A stretch of DNA of 64,000 nucleotides. Origin: Eledone cirrhosa. Lineage: Eukaryota. Each line of letters starts with the position of its first letter. Positions within the stretch are counted from its first letter, which is position 1. Shown here one piece after another: positions 40,873-52,206 of the stretch. Where the stretch lies: the NCBI GenBank assembly GCA_964016885.1, contig OZ024741.1, positions 390,290,001 to 390,354,000 on the forward strand, given 5' to 3'. The notes beneath the pieces were generated by a model. That model had not been told where the DNA came from. It saw nothing but the letters and a program-made list of their open reading frames with translations, and made no database searches. A program made the translations under genes and the position numbers.

Positions 40873-41080
40873 TTTTTTTCAAAGAAATTTTTGGATAATA
40901 ATAAAAGTTAAAATTTTGGGCACAAGGCCCCAATCTTTTTGGGTGTCCTTTTCGGAAAACAATGTATGTGCGCTTATAAACAGTTAACAATAAAATTTTC
41001 CATAAATGGCAATTTTTAACAAACGGAAATAACAAACCTTTGCGGAGCTCACGATGATACGATTTACTACGTAGGTCGCC

Positions 41081-41125
<45 letters not shown>

Positions 41126-41126
<1 letters not shown>

Positions 41127-41238
41127 GAACAGCAAGAACCCTCCGATACGTCCTGAATATCTGAGGCTGCAGGTAGTGGCTTGATATTCAATCCAACGGA
41201 CTTTCCAGTTAACCAACATCAATGACTGAGATTCAAGG
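41126..41238 (+). mobile_element. Extremely 5'-truncated R4/Dong-like element
   Basis: GTARTLRYVLNI-stop, homologous to GTAHILRKILSI of the next copy; short 3'UTR; (TAA)n on both sides. Confidence 0.75.
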
Positions 41239-41275
41239 AATAACAACAATAATAATAATAATAATAATAATAATA

Positions 41276-41923
41276 GCTCCAACCGAATACCTAAACAGGC
41301 ATGACAGAGCTGCACAATACATACATTGGATAATGTGTAAGCATTTTGACCTGCCCCATCAAAAGAATTGGTGGGAGCATCAACCACCTCCCATACTTGA
41401 AAAAGATCACATCTCAATCTTGTGGAACTTTAGCATCCAAACAGACCGAAAAATAGATGCAAACAGACCTGATATAATATTGAAAGACTTTCAAAAGAGG
41501 GTATGCCTGCTAATTGATATGTCTGTTCCAATAGATAAGAATGTATCTATAAAAACATTTGAAAAATTGAGCAAGTATAAGGACCTGGAGATAGAAATTG
41601 GAAAAATGTGGAAATTGAGAACTAAAACAATACCAGTGGTTGTAGGCGCTCTGGGAATGATACCTAAGGGGTCTAATGATTACATATCGCAAATCCCAGG
41701 AAACCCGCGTATAGGAGAAATACAAAAGATAGTATTAATGGGAACTGCCCATATACTAAGGAAGATTCTGTCAATATAAGTACATCACAAGTCTAAACAC
41801 TAAAGATGCATGTGTGAATATGTATGTTCTTTCTTGAACATGGCGGACCTTGTTGTCTCTTGAGGTCACTGGTTGTGACTTGGTGATAACTCGTATGAAC
41901 ATAAAGCAAGATAAATGCAACTG
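41276..41923 (+). mobile_element. 5'-truncated R4/Dong-like element (restriction-like endonuclease domain)
   Basis: RHD, RPDII..D...CLLIDMSVP...KLSKYKDL, PVVVGALG; flanked by (TAA)n. Confidence 0.9.
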
Positions 41924-42539
41924 TAATAATAATAATAATAATAAATCAAAGTTGTAGCCGCAATAGAGCAGATACCAATCGAATTGTTTGAAGCGGTCAC
42001 AAAGCACTCGATTGTACGAAAAATTAATATATTTTTTCCCAGAATGTATCAAAGTTCACCAAGAATAAAACGACCAAATGTATGTGGCCATAGTTTTTAC
42101 TTCAACAACGTTAAATACAAACAGGTAAGAGACTAACCTGGACCATCTCAAATAGATAAGAATCGATAGAAATCGATAAAAGTCTTCAATGGGTTTCTGG
42201 GAACATGGAAAGGTGTACCACGAGTTGTACAATGCATATGCAAGTCTTAAATGTACCTAGCGATGGAACTGGAAATCCCTCCCTCGGCAGGTGTTCGTTG
42301 AATATTATGCGACGTAGTTCAGTCAGGACCAGACATTGAGGCATTCCATCGTAGTAGTAGTACATTCGCCTGACTTTTCTTAAAAGAGGAATGTCATTTG
42401 GCCGAACTTTAGGCAGGTAAATTCAAGGTGTGAACAAAGAGATTTTCACAAAGAAAGCTCTCAACTAGCGTTTATAAACAAAAAAAGTAACTAATATGTT
42501 ATTAATTAATTATGTGAAACTAGTATTATTAACAATAGA

Positions 42540-42820
42540 GGCGGCGAATTTGGCAGTGTCGTTGGAACGTGGGATAGAATAATTTGCAGCATTCGTTCCG
42601 CTTCTTTGCTCTCTGTGTTCAAATCACCCCGGTTCTCCTTCCTCATCCTATAGACATCGTGGATGTAGTTTTGACCCTCGATATCGGTGGCGAATCGAAC
42701 GTCGCAGAGAATGCTTTGCGGTATTCGTTCCGGCTTTCTCCAGCCGCGGTCAACTTTATCTTTCATCCTTTCGATGTCGATAATAAAAAGTACCAGTCAA
42801 GTACTGGGGTTGATTCTTCC
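42540..42820 (+). mobile_element. SINE with duplicated tRNA-like head
   Basis: GGCGGCGAATTTGGCAG...GTTCAAATC, second head near 42686, TTTCATCCTTTCGATGTCGATAA..AAGTACCAG. Confidence 0.7.
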
Positions 42821-42994
42821 CCAGTCTCTGTCTCACTTTTATTCTTCCCCTCTCTCTCCTCTGGAAATAATTTGAGATTTGAGAGGGATGGGCTCCGCCA
42901 GGGTTAAATGGCCAAAAAATGCCACCTCTGGGACTCTACCAGGAGTTACGTGACCATATATATAGTATTAAAAACAAACTGCAACGTCTGTGAA

Positions 42995-43092
42995 CCTTCT
43001 TCTTTTTCTTCTTCTTCTTCTTCTTCTTCTTCTTTTTCTTCTTCTTCTTCTTCTTCTTCTTCTTCTTCTTCTTGAGAGAGAGAGAGAGAGAG
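42995..43092. repeat. (CTT)n followed by (GA)n microsatellite at the 3' end of an RTE
   Basis: Direct reading. Confidence 0.95.
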
Positions 43093-44390
43093 ATTCGTGA
43101 GGGCAGAGTCCTCAATCACCCCTTCCAGCAGGTCCTGTTAGAAGCAACCGTTTCCAAATGATCCGGCTGGATCCGCAAGCGACACCAAATGAACTCTTGG
43201 ATGTTATCTAATCATCTTGCCCAGGGTCTACCCCTGGGGTTCCTGTCGGTTGGTTTTGCTTGTAAAATCTGTCCAGTGATTCTTTCCTGAGACATTCTAA
43301 CCACATGCCCGTAGTATCAGAGCTGTGATCTCTCAATTCCGAGAAGTAGCGGTTCGACCTGGAATGATTCTCTCATCTCTGAGCTACGCACTCTACTAAG
43401 TAACGTTATTCCAAAGACCCTTAGGAAGAAGCCCATTTCGGCCGCTTGTATTTGCGATCATATTCTTTCGGTCATTACCCAAGATTCGTGACCATAAGTA
43501 AAGGTTAGCACTAATACAGAATTGAAGGAAGCGAGTTTGGCCTTTACACCTAATTACTGAATGCTGAAGCTGGTCCATTACTGCACCAGCTCCTGCAATT
43601 CTTGCACTTAATTCAGCCACCCACCTTCCATCACTCGTGAACACGACCCTGAGATACTTGAACTTCTCCACCTGCTTCAGTGGAACTCCCTTCGCATTTA
43701 GAGTGCACCGCGCAGACTACCTTAAATAATTGTTTCTACGTTAGGCACAAGGCCAGCAATTACCCAGTGTATTACTGGTACTTTATTTTATTGACCCCGT
43801 AAGGATGAAAGGCAAAGTTAACCTCGGCGGGATTCGAACTCAGAATGGCAAGGGCCGTAACTCTATGCGCCAAAGAATGGCATCCGACACTCTACCAATA
43901 CTGCCAATCCACCGCCTACTTAAATAATGAACATGAGAAGTGATAGTACGCACCTTTGGCGGAGTCCGACTTACACATTGAATGGTTTTTATTTAGCGCC
44001 ATTTATCCGAATACAAATACTCAGGCATCCGTATAGATACATCAGGACAGCAAGAAGCTGACCATTGATCCCATATTCCTGCACAACATTTCACAGTAGG
44101 TCCCGAGGAAAGTGGTCATATGTCTTCTCAAGGTCGACAAAACAAGAATATACTTCTTGGCAATACTCCCACGATTACTCGAATACCTGCCGCAGTATGA
44201 ATATTTGAAATCCGGCCCAAGATGTTAAAAGCCTTAAATAGAGAAGGTATTCTCTGGCTGACTCGCGTGGCCTGGATCTCTGGAAAGGCACCCAAGCATT
44301 GGCAATCAGGAGTGATAATACTAATTTTCAAAAAGGGAGATAAGAAATTGTTCCAATTACAGAGGGATCGCCTTGTTAAGTCTCCCCGAT
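43093..44390 (-). mobile_element. Decayed RTE-clade LINE with inverted 5' segment (44205-44390 on plus) and internal SINE
   Basis: Minus: VDLEKTYD, VEKFKYLRVVFTSDG; plus: EIRPKMLKAL...WQSGVIILIFKKGD. Confidence 0.75.
43728..43917 (-). mobile_element. SINE of the 10896 family
   Basis: Reverse complement of A/B boxes and central domain. Confidence 0.88.
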
Positions 44391-44604
44391 AAGAAAGAGA
44401 TTTGACAATATATAAGCAACCATTCGGTTATCGAACCAACCAGACAACCAACCGGAAATTTATAAATCGAAGTGAAAACCAACAGGTGCGTGTGATTTTA
44501 TTGGCAGCATGAACCCCAAAAGTATAACAATATCTGTCTCAACACACTTTTTCAGATAAGAAATATTGAAAAATATATTAAAAAATGAAGTGTATATATA
44601 TATA

Positions 44605-44950
44605 TATATTATAAAGCTGACGGCCGTATGTATGTAACAAACTTTTCGCCAAACGGCTGGACGAAACAGCACCAAATTTGCACCATAGATGTAACTTTTT
44701 CCAAGTAAGAAAGTGAGGGTATTTTGTCTACTAAATTTAGTTAAAAGATTAAAGATATTTTATTGTTTATTTAAATATTCACTTCTTTAAAAATTTTAAA
44801 TGTCAACACTTCCGGTTAGCGATCTCTCTCTCTTTCTTAGTCTGTCTTTTTAGATAGATACATAGATTTTAACGTCGCGCCTTTATAATATCTGTCTGTA
44901 TGTCTGGCTGTCTGCATTACGAAAACCATTCTGTACATTGACTTCGCTGT
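44605..44950 (+). mobile_element. Helitron 5' part (same family as 13529-14908)
   Basis: ATAAAGCTGACGGCCGTATGTA...AAACGGCTGGAC..AACAGCACCAAATTTGCACC shared. Confidence 0.75.
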
Positions 44951-45012
44951 GTGTATATATAGTTGTGTGTGTATATATATATATACTGTATATATATATA
45001 TATATATATATA

Positions 45013-46950
45013 CTGGATGATCTAACCTTCATCAACATTACCGTTGAGGGTAGACGGCCCTCGTGTTACCTCTGCGGAACCAGAGGTCACCTGAGGGCTG
45101 TCTGTCCCCAACTTAATAAGAAAACCCCAATCCTGCCTACACCACCAACAACTGCACAACCAACACAATCACCACAACTACCACTACAAAAACAACCACC
45201 ACAGCTCAAACCAAAACAAAACAATGTCCAACCCATCCCCTCCACTCAAAAAACAAAAACAATTTCCAAAACACCCGTACCGCAAACACAACCCGAAAAT
45301 ATACCCCTCCCCTCCAACGCGGAAGATGACCCTAGTTCGTCGTCAGACGAGGAGGAGCACTTCCACACAATCAAAAGAAAAAAAAGAAAACACACCTCAG
45401 ACACACAAATGAAAACAACCCCTCCCCAAAACATAACACTGACACCAACACAAAAGAGCTCACAACAACAGCAAACAAAAAACACCACACAAAAACAAAA
45501 ACATGCATACACATACATAAACACAAGAAACAAAAAACTGTTAAACATTGTGTACAACAACAATCTAATAAAAACACAAGGGCCTAACTTCACCCAGGCA
45601 GGGGATTTCCCCCACCTCAAAATGATTAAGGCCCCACAGGACACCTATAAAACTTTAAAAAACAATTTTAAAGAGGACGTGGGTCCCCCCTGCGTCGGGC
45701 CCATTAACCGCGTCCTCCTAAAAAACTATCCCACCCCCTCCCCAAACACCCACACAACTCCAAGCTCCCCAACCACACAACACACTGATGCCCCCACACT
45801 TCCACAAACCACCACCCCACCCAACAACCCATCCCCCACCCTAATGGAAATTGTGCAGCCCGATACCCGGGACGCAGAGAGGTAAGTGCCTTTTCTCTTC
45901 ACCACCAACATGGCTATGCTAAGAGTAGGCTGTTTAAATGCACGTGGCCTGGGCTCAACTTGGAAGCAAGCAATGCTTCTAAATGACCTCAGGTCACAAC
46001 GTATAGATGTGATGGTTATTTGCGAGGCCTGGATCAGCAACGTGCGACAGCTGGCCCCCACCTTTGATGACTTTGAGATGCACGCATCTCTCTGTCAGCC
46101 CGGAGGTGGGGGTGGAGTTGTTGTTCTGCTGCAAAAACATCTGGGTCTCGCAACACAGATGGTACATTTGGACCCGGAGGGTCGACTAGTGGTTCTGGAC
46201 CTTGGCAGTGGTAAAGGCGGAGCGTTTAGGTTGGTAGCCGCCTACGGCCCTTTCGGGTCAATGCGGCCGGACTTCTTCCATCGTCTGGAGACTTTTCTAG
46301 GGACGTCCCGCTCCTTGCTATTAGTGGGGGACTGGAATGGTATCCTAGATGCACGCTGGGACTACGTAGGGGCCTGCCCCGATAGAGAGGGGTGTAATAG
46401 CCTCAAAGGGTTAATCGGTCGATTTGACCTGGCCGATAGATATCGACTAGATTTTCCGACTGCGCCAACCTGGACTTGGGCAAATCGTAGCGGATCATCT
46501 AGGTCGTACCTAGATAGGTTCTTAGTTAGAATTAAGGATAAGGACTTTTTAAGTTGTCCAAAAATGCGCATGGTTGGCTATTCAGACCACAAATTAGTGA
46601 CCTGCATGGTCAACCTTGACAGAACTCATAGACAGGGCCCCGGTTACTGGAAGCTCAACTTGTCCTTGCCGGCAAGTAGAGCCTACAGGAATCGGATTAG
46701 TACGTTAGTTAAGGAACGGTTGACTGGAGCGATCGTCAACAGCAGGTGGTGGGTATCTCTAAAGAGAGAGATTAGAGTAGTCTCGATAGAATTTAGTAAG
46801 GTTCTAGCTGTGGATAGGAATAGGAAGGAAAGGGAGCTAATAGATAGAGTAGAAGAGGCAATTAGAAGCGGCGACGTGGCCAGAGTGCTAGCGTCGAGAA
46901 CGGCTTTGAGTCAGTTTTTCGACGCGAAGCACGAAGGCTGCGTTGTCCGA
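45013..46950 (+). mobile_element. Divergent Tx1/L1-like sibling fragment (ORF1 C-terminus plus ORF2 endonuclease)
   Basis: VEGRRPSCYLCGTRGHLRAVC; LNARGLGSTWKQ...GDWNGILDARWD...GPGYWKLN; starts at a (TA)n tract, ends at HEGCVVRS. Confidence 0.9.
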
Positions 46951-47164
46951 AGTAAAATAAGTGTTAGTATCATAAATAAGAGACAGTTTAATTTGTACAT
47001 TTTATTAAGGCATTCCTTTATACATATATATATATATACATAAACATGTTATTTACAGTTGTATAAAAAAGAAGTATAATTGTTTCTACTTTTGGCAGAA
47101 GGCCAGCAATTATTCCAGTACATTACTGGTACATTACTTTATTATATATAATAAATATAATACG

Positions 47165-47858
47165 ACATTCCTCTCTCTTTCTTACTCTGTCTTTTTAGAT
47201 AGATACATAGCTATAACGTCAAGCCCTTATAATATCTGTCTGTATGTCTACCTGTCTGCATTGACTTCGCTTCTCACCACCTTTTAATTAATTATATATA
47301 TATATATAATTATATATTCGTGTACATATTTTCAACAGTAATACTATACTATATATTTTCAACAGTAATACTATACTATATAATTTCAACAGTAATACTA
47401 TACTATACTACATGAGTAGTACTGTACTATATATTTTCAACATTAATACTATACTATACTATATATTTTCAACAGTAATACTATACTATATATTTTCAAC
47501 AGTAATACTATACTATACTATATATTTTCAACAGTAATACTATACTATGTTTTCAACAGTAATATTATACTATATATTTTCAACAGTAATACTGTACTAT
47601 ATATTTTCAATAGTAATACTATACTATATATTTTAAACAGTAATACTGTACTATATATTTTCAACAGTAATACTATACTATACTATATATTTTCAACAGT
47701 CATACTATACTATATATTTTCAACAGTAATACTATACTACACAGAGGGCTTATCGTCTGTTTATCCAAGCGAAGCTAGGTACGTCAGCTATACATATATA
47801 TCTGGATGCCGTAGAACACGCCAATGGTAGCCGAGTGCCAGCCGCACGGGACAGCTAG
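47165..47858 (+). mobile_element. Helitron 3' part with internal minisatellite and two 3'-end motifs
   Basis: Body repeats 44825-44950; CCAAGCGAAGCTAGGTACGTCAGCTA and GCCGCACGGGACAGCTAG|T. Confidence 0.6.
47325..47740. repeat. Minisatellite, unit of 27-32 bp (TATATTTTCAACAGTAATACTATACTA)
   Basis: About 14 tandem units with variable TACTA copy number. Confidence 0.95.
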
Positions 47859-48114
47859 TATATATATATATATATTTATTTAGGTTTGTTGGTTCACCAC
47901 TGGATAGAACTGGTCATTCCGTGTGGTCAACCTCGATGTAATACTATGGAGAGCACTCAACGTAATATATTATTTATTCTTTATCATTAACATTAATATT
48001 AAAAAATGATAATAATTTATAATTATTTGACATTTTTTAACCAAATCTTTTTAGAGAAGGGCCTCAAATTTCATATAACTTAGGGCCTCAGCAGTTGAAA
48101 TTCTAGCCCTGACT

Positions 48115-49424
48115 GCAGCTCTTTAACATATTTTATTTTACTGAGAAGCTCGACTAAATCTTCCAGATCTTCTACATTTTCATTTTGCATTCTCCATTCA
48201 CTGAGTGGCTCAACAATTTTATTGGCGACTGCTGCTAATATTTGTTCGTGAATTATCGAAAGTCTTTATATGCTTCTGACCATTGATTCATCCAGACTTT
48301 CCTCCCGAATTGTTCAGTTACTTTATCCCAGGCTCCTTTCATAGTATCTATGTGATATGATAGATTTCCCAAAGGTATCTGACACATTGTTTATCTTGGC
48401 AATTCGTTTCTTCGGTGAGATGTGTAAAAGAGTGACAAAGGTAACACGCATTTGCATTAGAAATCATACGCTTATCATAGGTAAGTAAAAAAGAAATGTC
48501 TGGTGCTAGATAAATTACTTTGACAGAAATGCATGTCAGAAGTATATCGATATTCTAGTTGGTGGCCAATCACTAACAATGCCTTCATATTATCTTTTCA
48601 CTGCTGGACAAGATTTGAAAAGAAACCACTGTATGAAAATTTCTATTGTCACCCAAGCCTTCTTGTTTGATTTTCAAATCACAGTTAGATGCTTTTATGT
48701 TGTTTCTCTTATTAGTCGTAGTGTTTCTAAACCAAAACTGAGCATTGGTGACAGATTGAAAGCACCTGAAGCATTATCGTCTTGTAGAAGTGTAAACAGG
48801 CCGTATCTACCATAGTACAAGAATCATTTTGCTTTTGTTTTCTCTGGCGATGAAAATTATTTTCCTGAAAAAAGCTGTTTCATCTACTTTGAATACAAAT
48901 TAGAGAAAGCAGTTGTCATGCTCAATTAAGCGAATTTCTTGGCTGGTTACGTATCTATACTTGCAGCTTCATTAGACGTAGTGTTGTGTTCGTTATAACA
49001 TTGTTTGCCTTTTACTGCAACACCTAATTGCTTTGAATGTTGCTGAATTCTCCTTGTGAGTGTAGATGCTCTTTAATTTTTCATTATCAGTTTGCATTCA
49101 TTCATATAGCAAGTATAACTACCATTTACTCAAAAAATTTACTTAGTGAATGAGCCACCTTCTTCTTCATTGAAAACTGTGAGGTCCTTATAGCAGCCGA
49201 AGCTTATATTTTGTCCGCATTTTTAATCGTTGGTGTGGCTAAGTTTAAAGCCTTATTCACATATGTTTGACGCTTTCCAGCTTCCAATTGCCTCAACACG
49301 AAGATTTGCATCTAGTGGCGATTGCTTTATTAACCCTTGAGATGAACTTTAAGCTTTTAGATAGATAAACAACTGTACAAACATTCCGGGTATAGGCAGG
49401 AGTAATTCACTGAATCACCCACAC

Positions 49425-49426
<2 letters not shown>
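48115..49426 (-). mobile_element. Highly decayed hAT-like transposon with BED-finger-like relic
   Basis: Minus strand YTCYMNECKLIMKN*RASTLTRRIQQH; end TAGTGTGGGTGATTCAGTGAATTACT resembles the 27540 terminus. Confidence 0.45.
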
Positions 49427-49477
<51 letters not shown>

Positions 49478-49546
49478 AAAAAGAGATGAAATCGAAAATG
49501 CAACTGGAGTCTTATTTTTTTTAAAAATATATATATTTATTTGGTT

Positions 49547-49584
49547 CCTTTACCGGTTTCGCAGTTCTTCTGCTTTTCAAAAGG
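49547..49584 (-). ncRNA. U3-A8 variant minimal hammerhead ribozyme
   Basis: Reverse complement of 49658-49695. Confidence 0.8.
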
Positions 49585-49657
49585 TGAGTTGAGATGGAGG
49601 GTCTGTGGTTTTTCTCACATCATGTGAGAAAAACCACAGACCCTCCATCTCAACTCA

Positions 49658-49695
49658 CCTTTTGAAAAGCAGAAGAACTGCGAAACCGGTAAAGG
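49658..49695 (+). ncRNA. U3-A8 variant minimal hammerhead ribozyme
   Basis: CCTT-TTGAAAA-GCAG aagaa CTGC-GAAA-CCGG-TA-AAGG; all three stems form. Confidence 0.8.
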
Positions 49696-49827
49696 AGCCA
49701 AATAAATATATATATTTAAAAAAAAAATAAGACTCCAGTTGCATTTTCGATTTCATCTCTTTTTCTTTATACTTTCACTCGTGTAGGATACCTCGGTTAT
49801 TTTTCATTTTGTAAAAAAAAACCTCAC

Positions 49828-49952
<125 letters not shown>

Positions 49953-49954
49953 CA

Positions 49955-51850
49955 ATGAGACAACAAACAGATACAAAAAGTCATATTAGTTTCACGCTTT
50001 ATATGGGAAAAGGGGAAGAAAGTTCGACGTGTCAGGCTTAAGCCCTTCTTCAGGAGTACAAAACAGAGTCAGGGTCACAAATGGGAAACAGAAATAAAAG
50101 GGGTACAAGTAAAAAAATAAAAAATCTAAATGAAGAGTGTAAGGAAGACAATCCGTTAGTAGTCTTGGTAGCGAGTAGGGACGCAAGGTGGAGTGTGTGT
50201 GTGTATTAGTGTCGATATTATGTATAAGTGTATGTTTAAATGTGTAGGCGGCGGAAAAGACAGAGGATCCGGAGGGGCAAGGTAGAAGGGTGGTAGGTGA
50301 GGAGGAAGGGCAGTCGGTTGGTAGGGGGCGGTGGCGTGGTGTAAGAGCAGTGGTGTGATCGACGCCACGAGCATGAGTGAGGGCGGATTGGATCAGGGTA
50401 AGGGAGTATCGACATCTAGTGAAAAGACTGACTGAACCTCAAAAGCATGGGTTCGACTACACAGGCGGGGTAGACGGAGGAATTGGGAATAGAGGATGGA
50501 GTATTTTGTGTGGGTGGGGTGTGAGGAGGAGAAGTCGAAGTAGGCGTGAGAGTCCAAGGGCTTGAAATAGGTGGAGGTGATGAGGGTGCGATTGGAGGGG
50601 TCAATGGTTACAGAGATGTCCAGGAAGTTAACAGAAGTAGAGATAAAGGTGGTGAACTCAAGTGTGGGTTAGAAGAAAGCAGAGAAAGGAGTCAAGCTGG
50701 GCTCGTGTGAGAGATGTGGCACCAAAACAGTTGTTAATGTACCAACTGTACAGCTCGGGGGTTGGGCCAAAGTATTGTGAAAAGATTTGAGCCTCAACGT
50801 AGCCGACAAATAAGTTGGCGTAGCTGGGGCCCATTCTTGTACCCTCTTCGTCTGCTGGTAAATTTCACCCGAGAAGGAGAAGCAGTTGAGAGAGAGGACC
50901 AACTTGGTTAAGTGAATAAGGGTAGAGGTGTAAGGTAGAGGGAAGGGGTGAAGGTAAAGGAAGTATTGCAAGGCATAACTTCGGTATGGGGATGGCAGTG
51001 TATAGGGATTTGCTGTTGAGGATGAAGAGTAGGGTGGGGAGCCAGGTGGGAAGATGAAGGAGTCGAAGAGGTGGAGGGCATGGTTGGTGTCAGAAATATG
51101 GGGCGGTGGGCTGAAACAAGTTTAGTGGGGGGCAACTACACGCCGAGATAATGGAACGGCCGGGGTTGTCGGAATAGTGTAATTTGGGGAGGAAGTAGAT
51201 GGTAGAGGTCCATGGAGTGCAGCCGATAAGGTTGGTAGCCGAGGTGGATAGAAGAGAGGAAGCGACTAGCTGGCGTATAGTAGATTTGACCTGTTGCTGG
51301 TATTGAGGAGTGAGATCGGTGGCAAGGAGGCGGTAGAAGAGAGGGTTCCGGAGTTGCCGATAAACCTCCGTTGTGTAGAGGTTCATGCACCACACGGCCA
51401 CAGCGCCTCCCTTGTCGGCTGGCTTAAGGACAATGTGATGACGGTCACGGAGGGAGCGGAGGGCGGCGAGTTAGGCCCGGGAGATGTTGCATCGTTTGTA
51501 CCGTTTACAGAAATTGAAACGGTCCACAGCGTGATGGCAGACATCAACGAACCTATCCGGGGCACTGAATTATCCAGGTGACGGCGTCCAGTGTGGTGGT
51601 CAACAAGGTGTCTAAAGCGGTTCGGAGCCGGAGGATTGCCCTGAAAATGCGCGTGCAATTTGGTGTGGCACTGGAACAGTTCAATGTCCGTGAGGGTCCG
51701 AAATTCATCGCCACAAAGCGAGAGTGGTATGAAACGCAGAGCTCTGCAGAGGAACAAGACAGCAGAATGTGAGAGGGTAGAGTGACAACAAGTTGTGGGT
51801 GGGTGATCACCTTGGTCACTTTCACCGGCCTGTCTGTCGGATGTCGCTAG
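49955..51850 (-). mobile_element. Decayed Penelope-like element (RT region) with 3' hammerhead relic
   Basis: YFLPKLH.SDNPGRSIISACSC, LTKLVLSLNCFSFSGEIYQQTK. Confidence 0.8.
50024..50055 (-). ncRNA. Mutated minimal hammerhead (GAAA>GACA)
   Basis: TC-CTGAAGA-a-GGGC ttaa GCCT-GACA-CG-TC-GA. Confidence 0.55.
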
Positions 51851-52206
51851 CAGGTGAAATGTATGCTAAAGTGATATCGGTATAAATACAGAGTGTGTAA
51901 CTGGGACAGGAAGTCGATATCACCCCGGATGAAACTGGATATGTATTCACATACCCAGTTTCATCCGGGATGATATCGACTTCCTGTCCCATCTTCCCAA
52001 AACCACGGAAACGAATTCACTTCTACTTAGTTTTGATGTGGTAAGCCTTTACACCAACATTACACATGATTTAGGAATAAAGGCGGTTAAATACTGGGTA
52101 GAAAAACATAGAGAAGTGATTCCCATTAGACGCAGTTAAACTTATTCTGGAAAACAACACTTTCTTCTTCAATGGAAAGAATTACATCCAAATTAGAGGC
52201 ACAGCG

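Larger units (their letters stand above)
35179..41080 (-). mobile_element. Full-length Tx1/L1-clade non-LTR retrotransposon, copy 2
   Basis: Distinct 5'UTR and ORF1, open ORF2, same 3'UTR, (TAA)n on both sides. Confidence 0.95.
49474..49770. repeat. Near-perfect palindrome with arms of about 148 bp
   Basis: Centre TCTCACAT-C-ATGTGAGA; arms differ by a substitution and a homopolymer length. Confidence 0.95.

Noticed and set aside
47325-47740. Regular 27-32 bp repeats resembling a CRISPR array
   Set aside because: No unique spacers, no cas genes, eukaryotic context; it is a minisatellite
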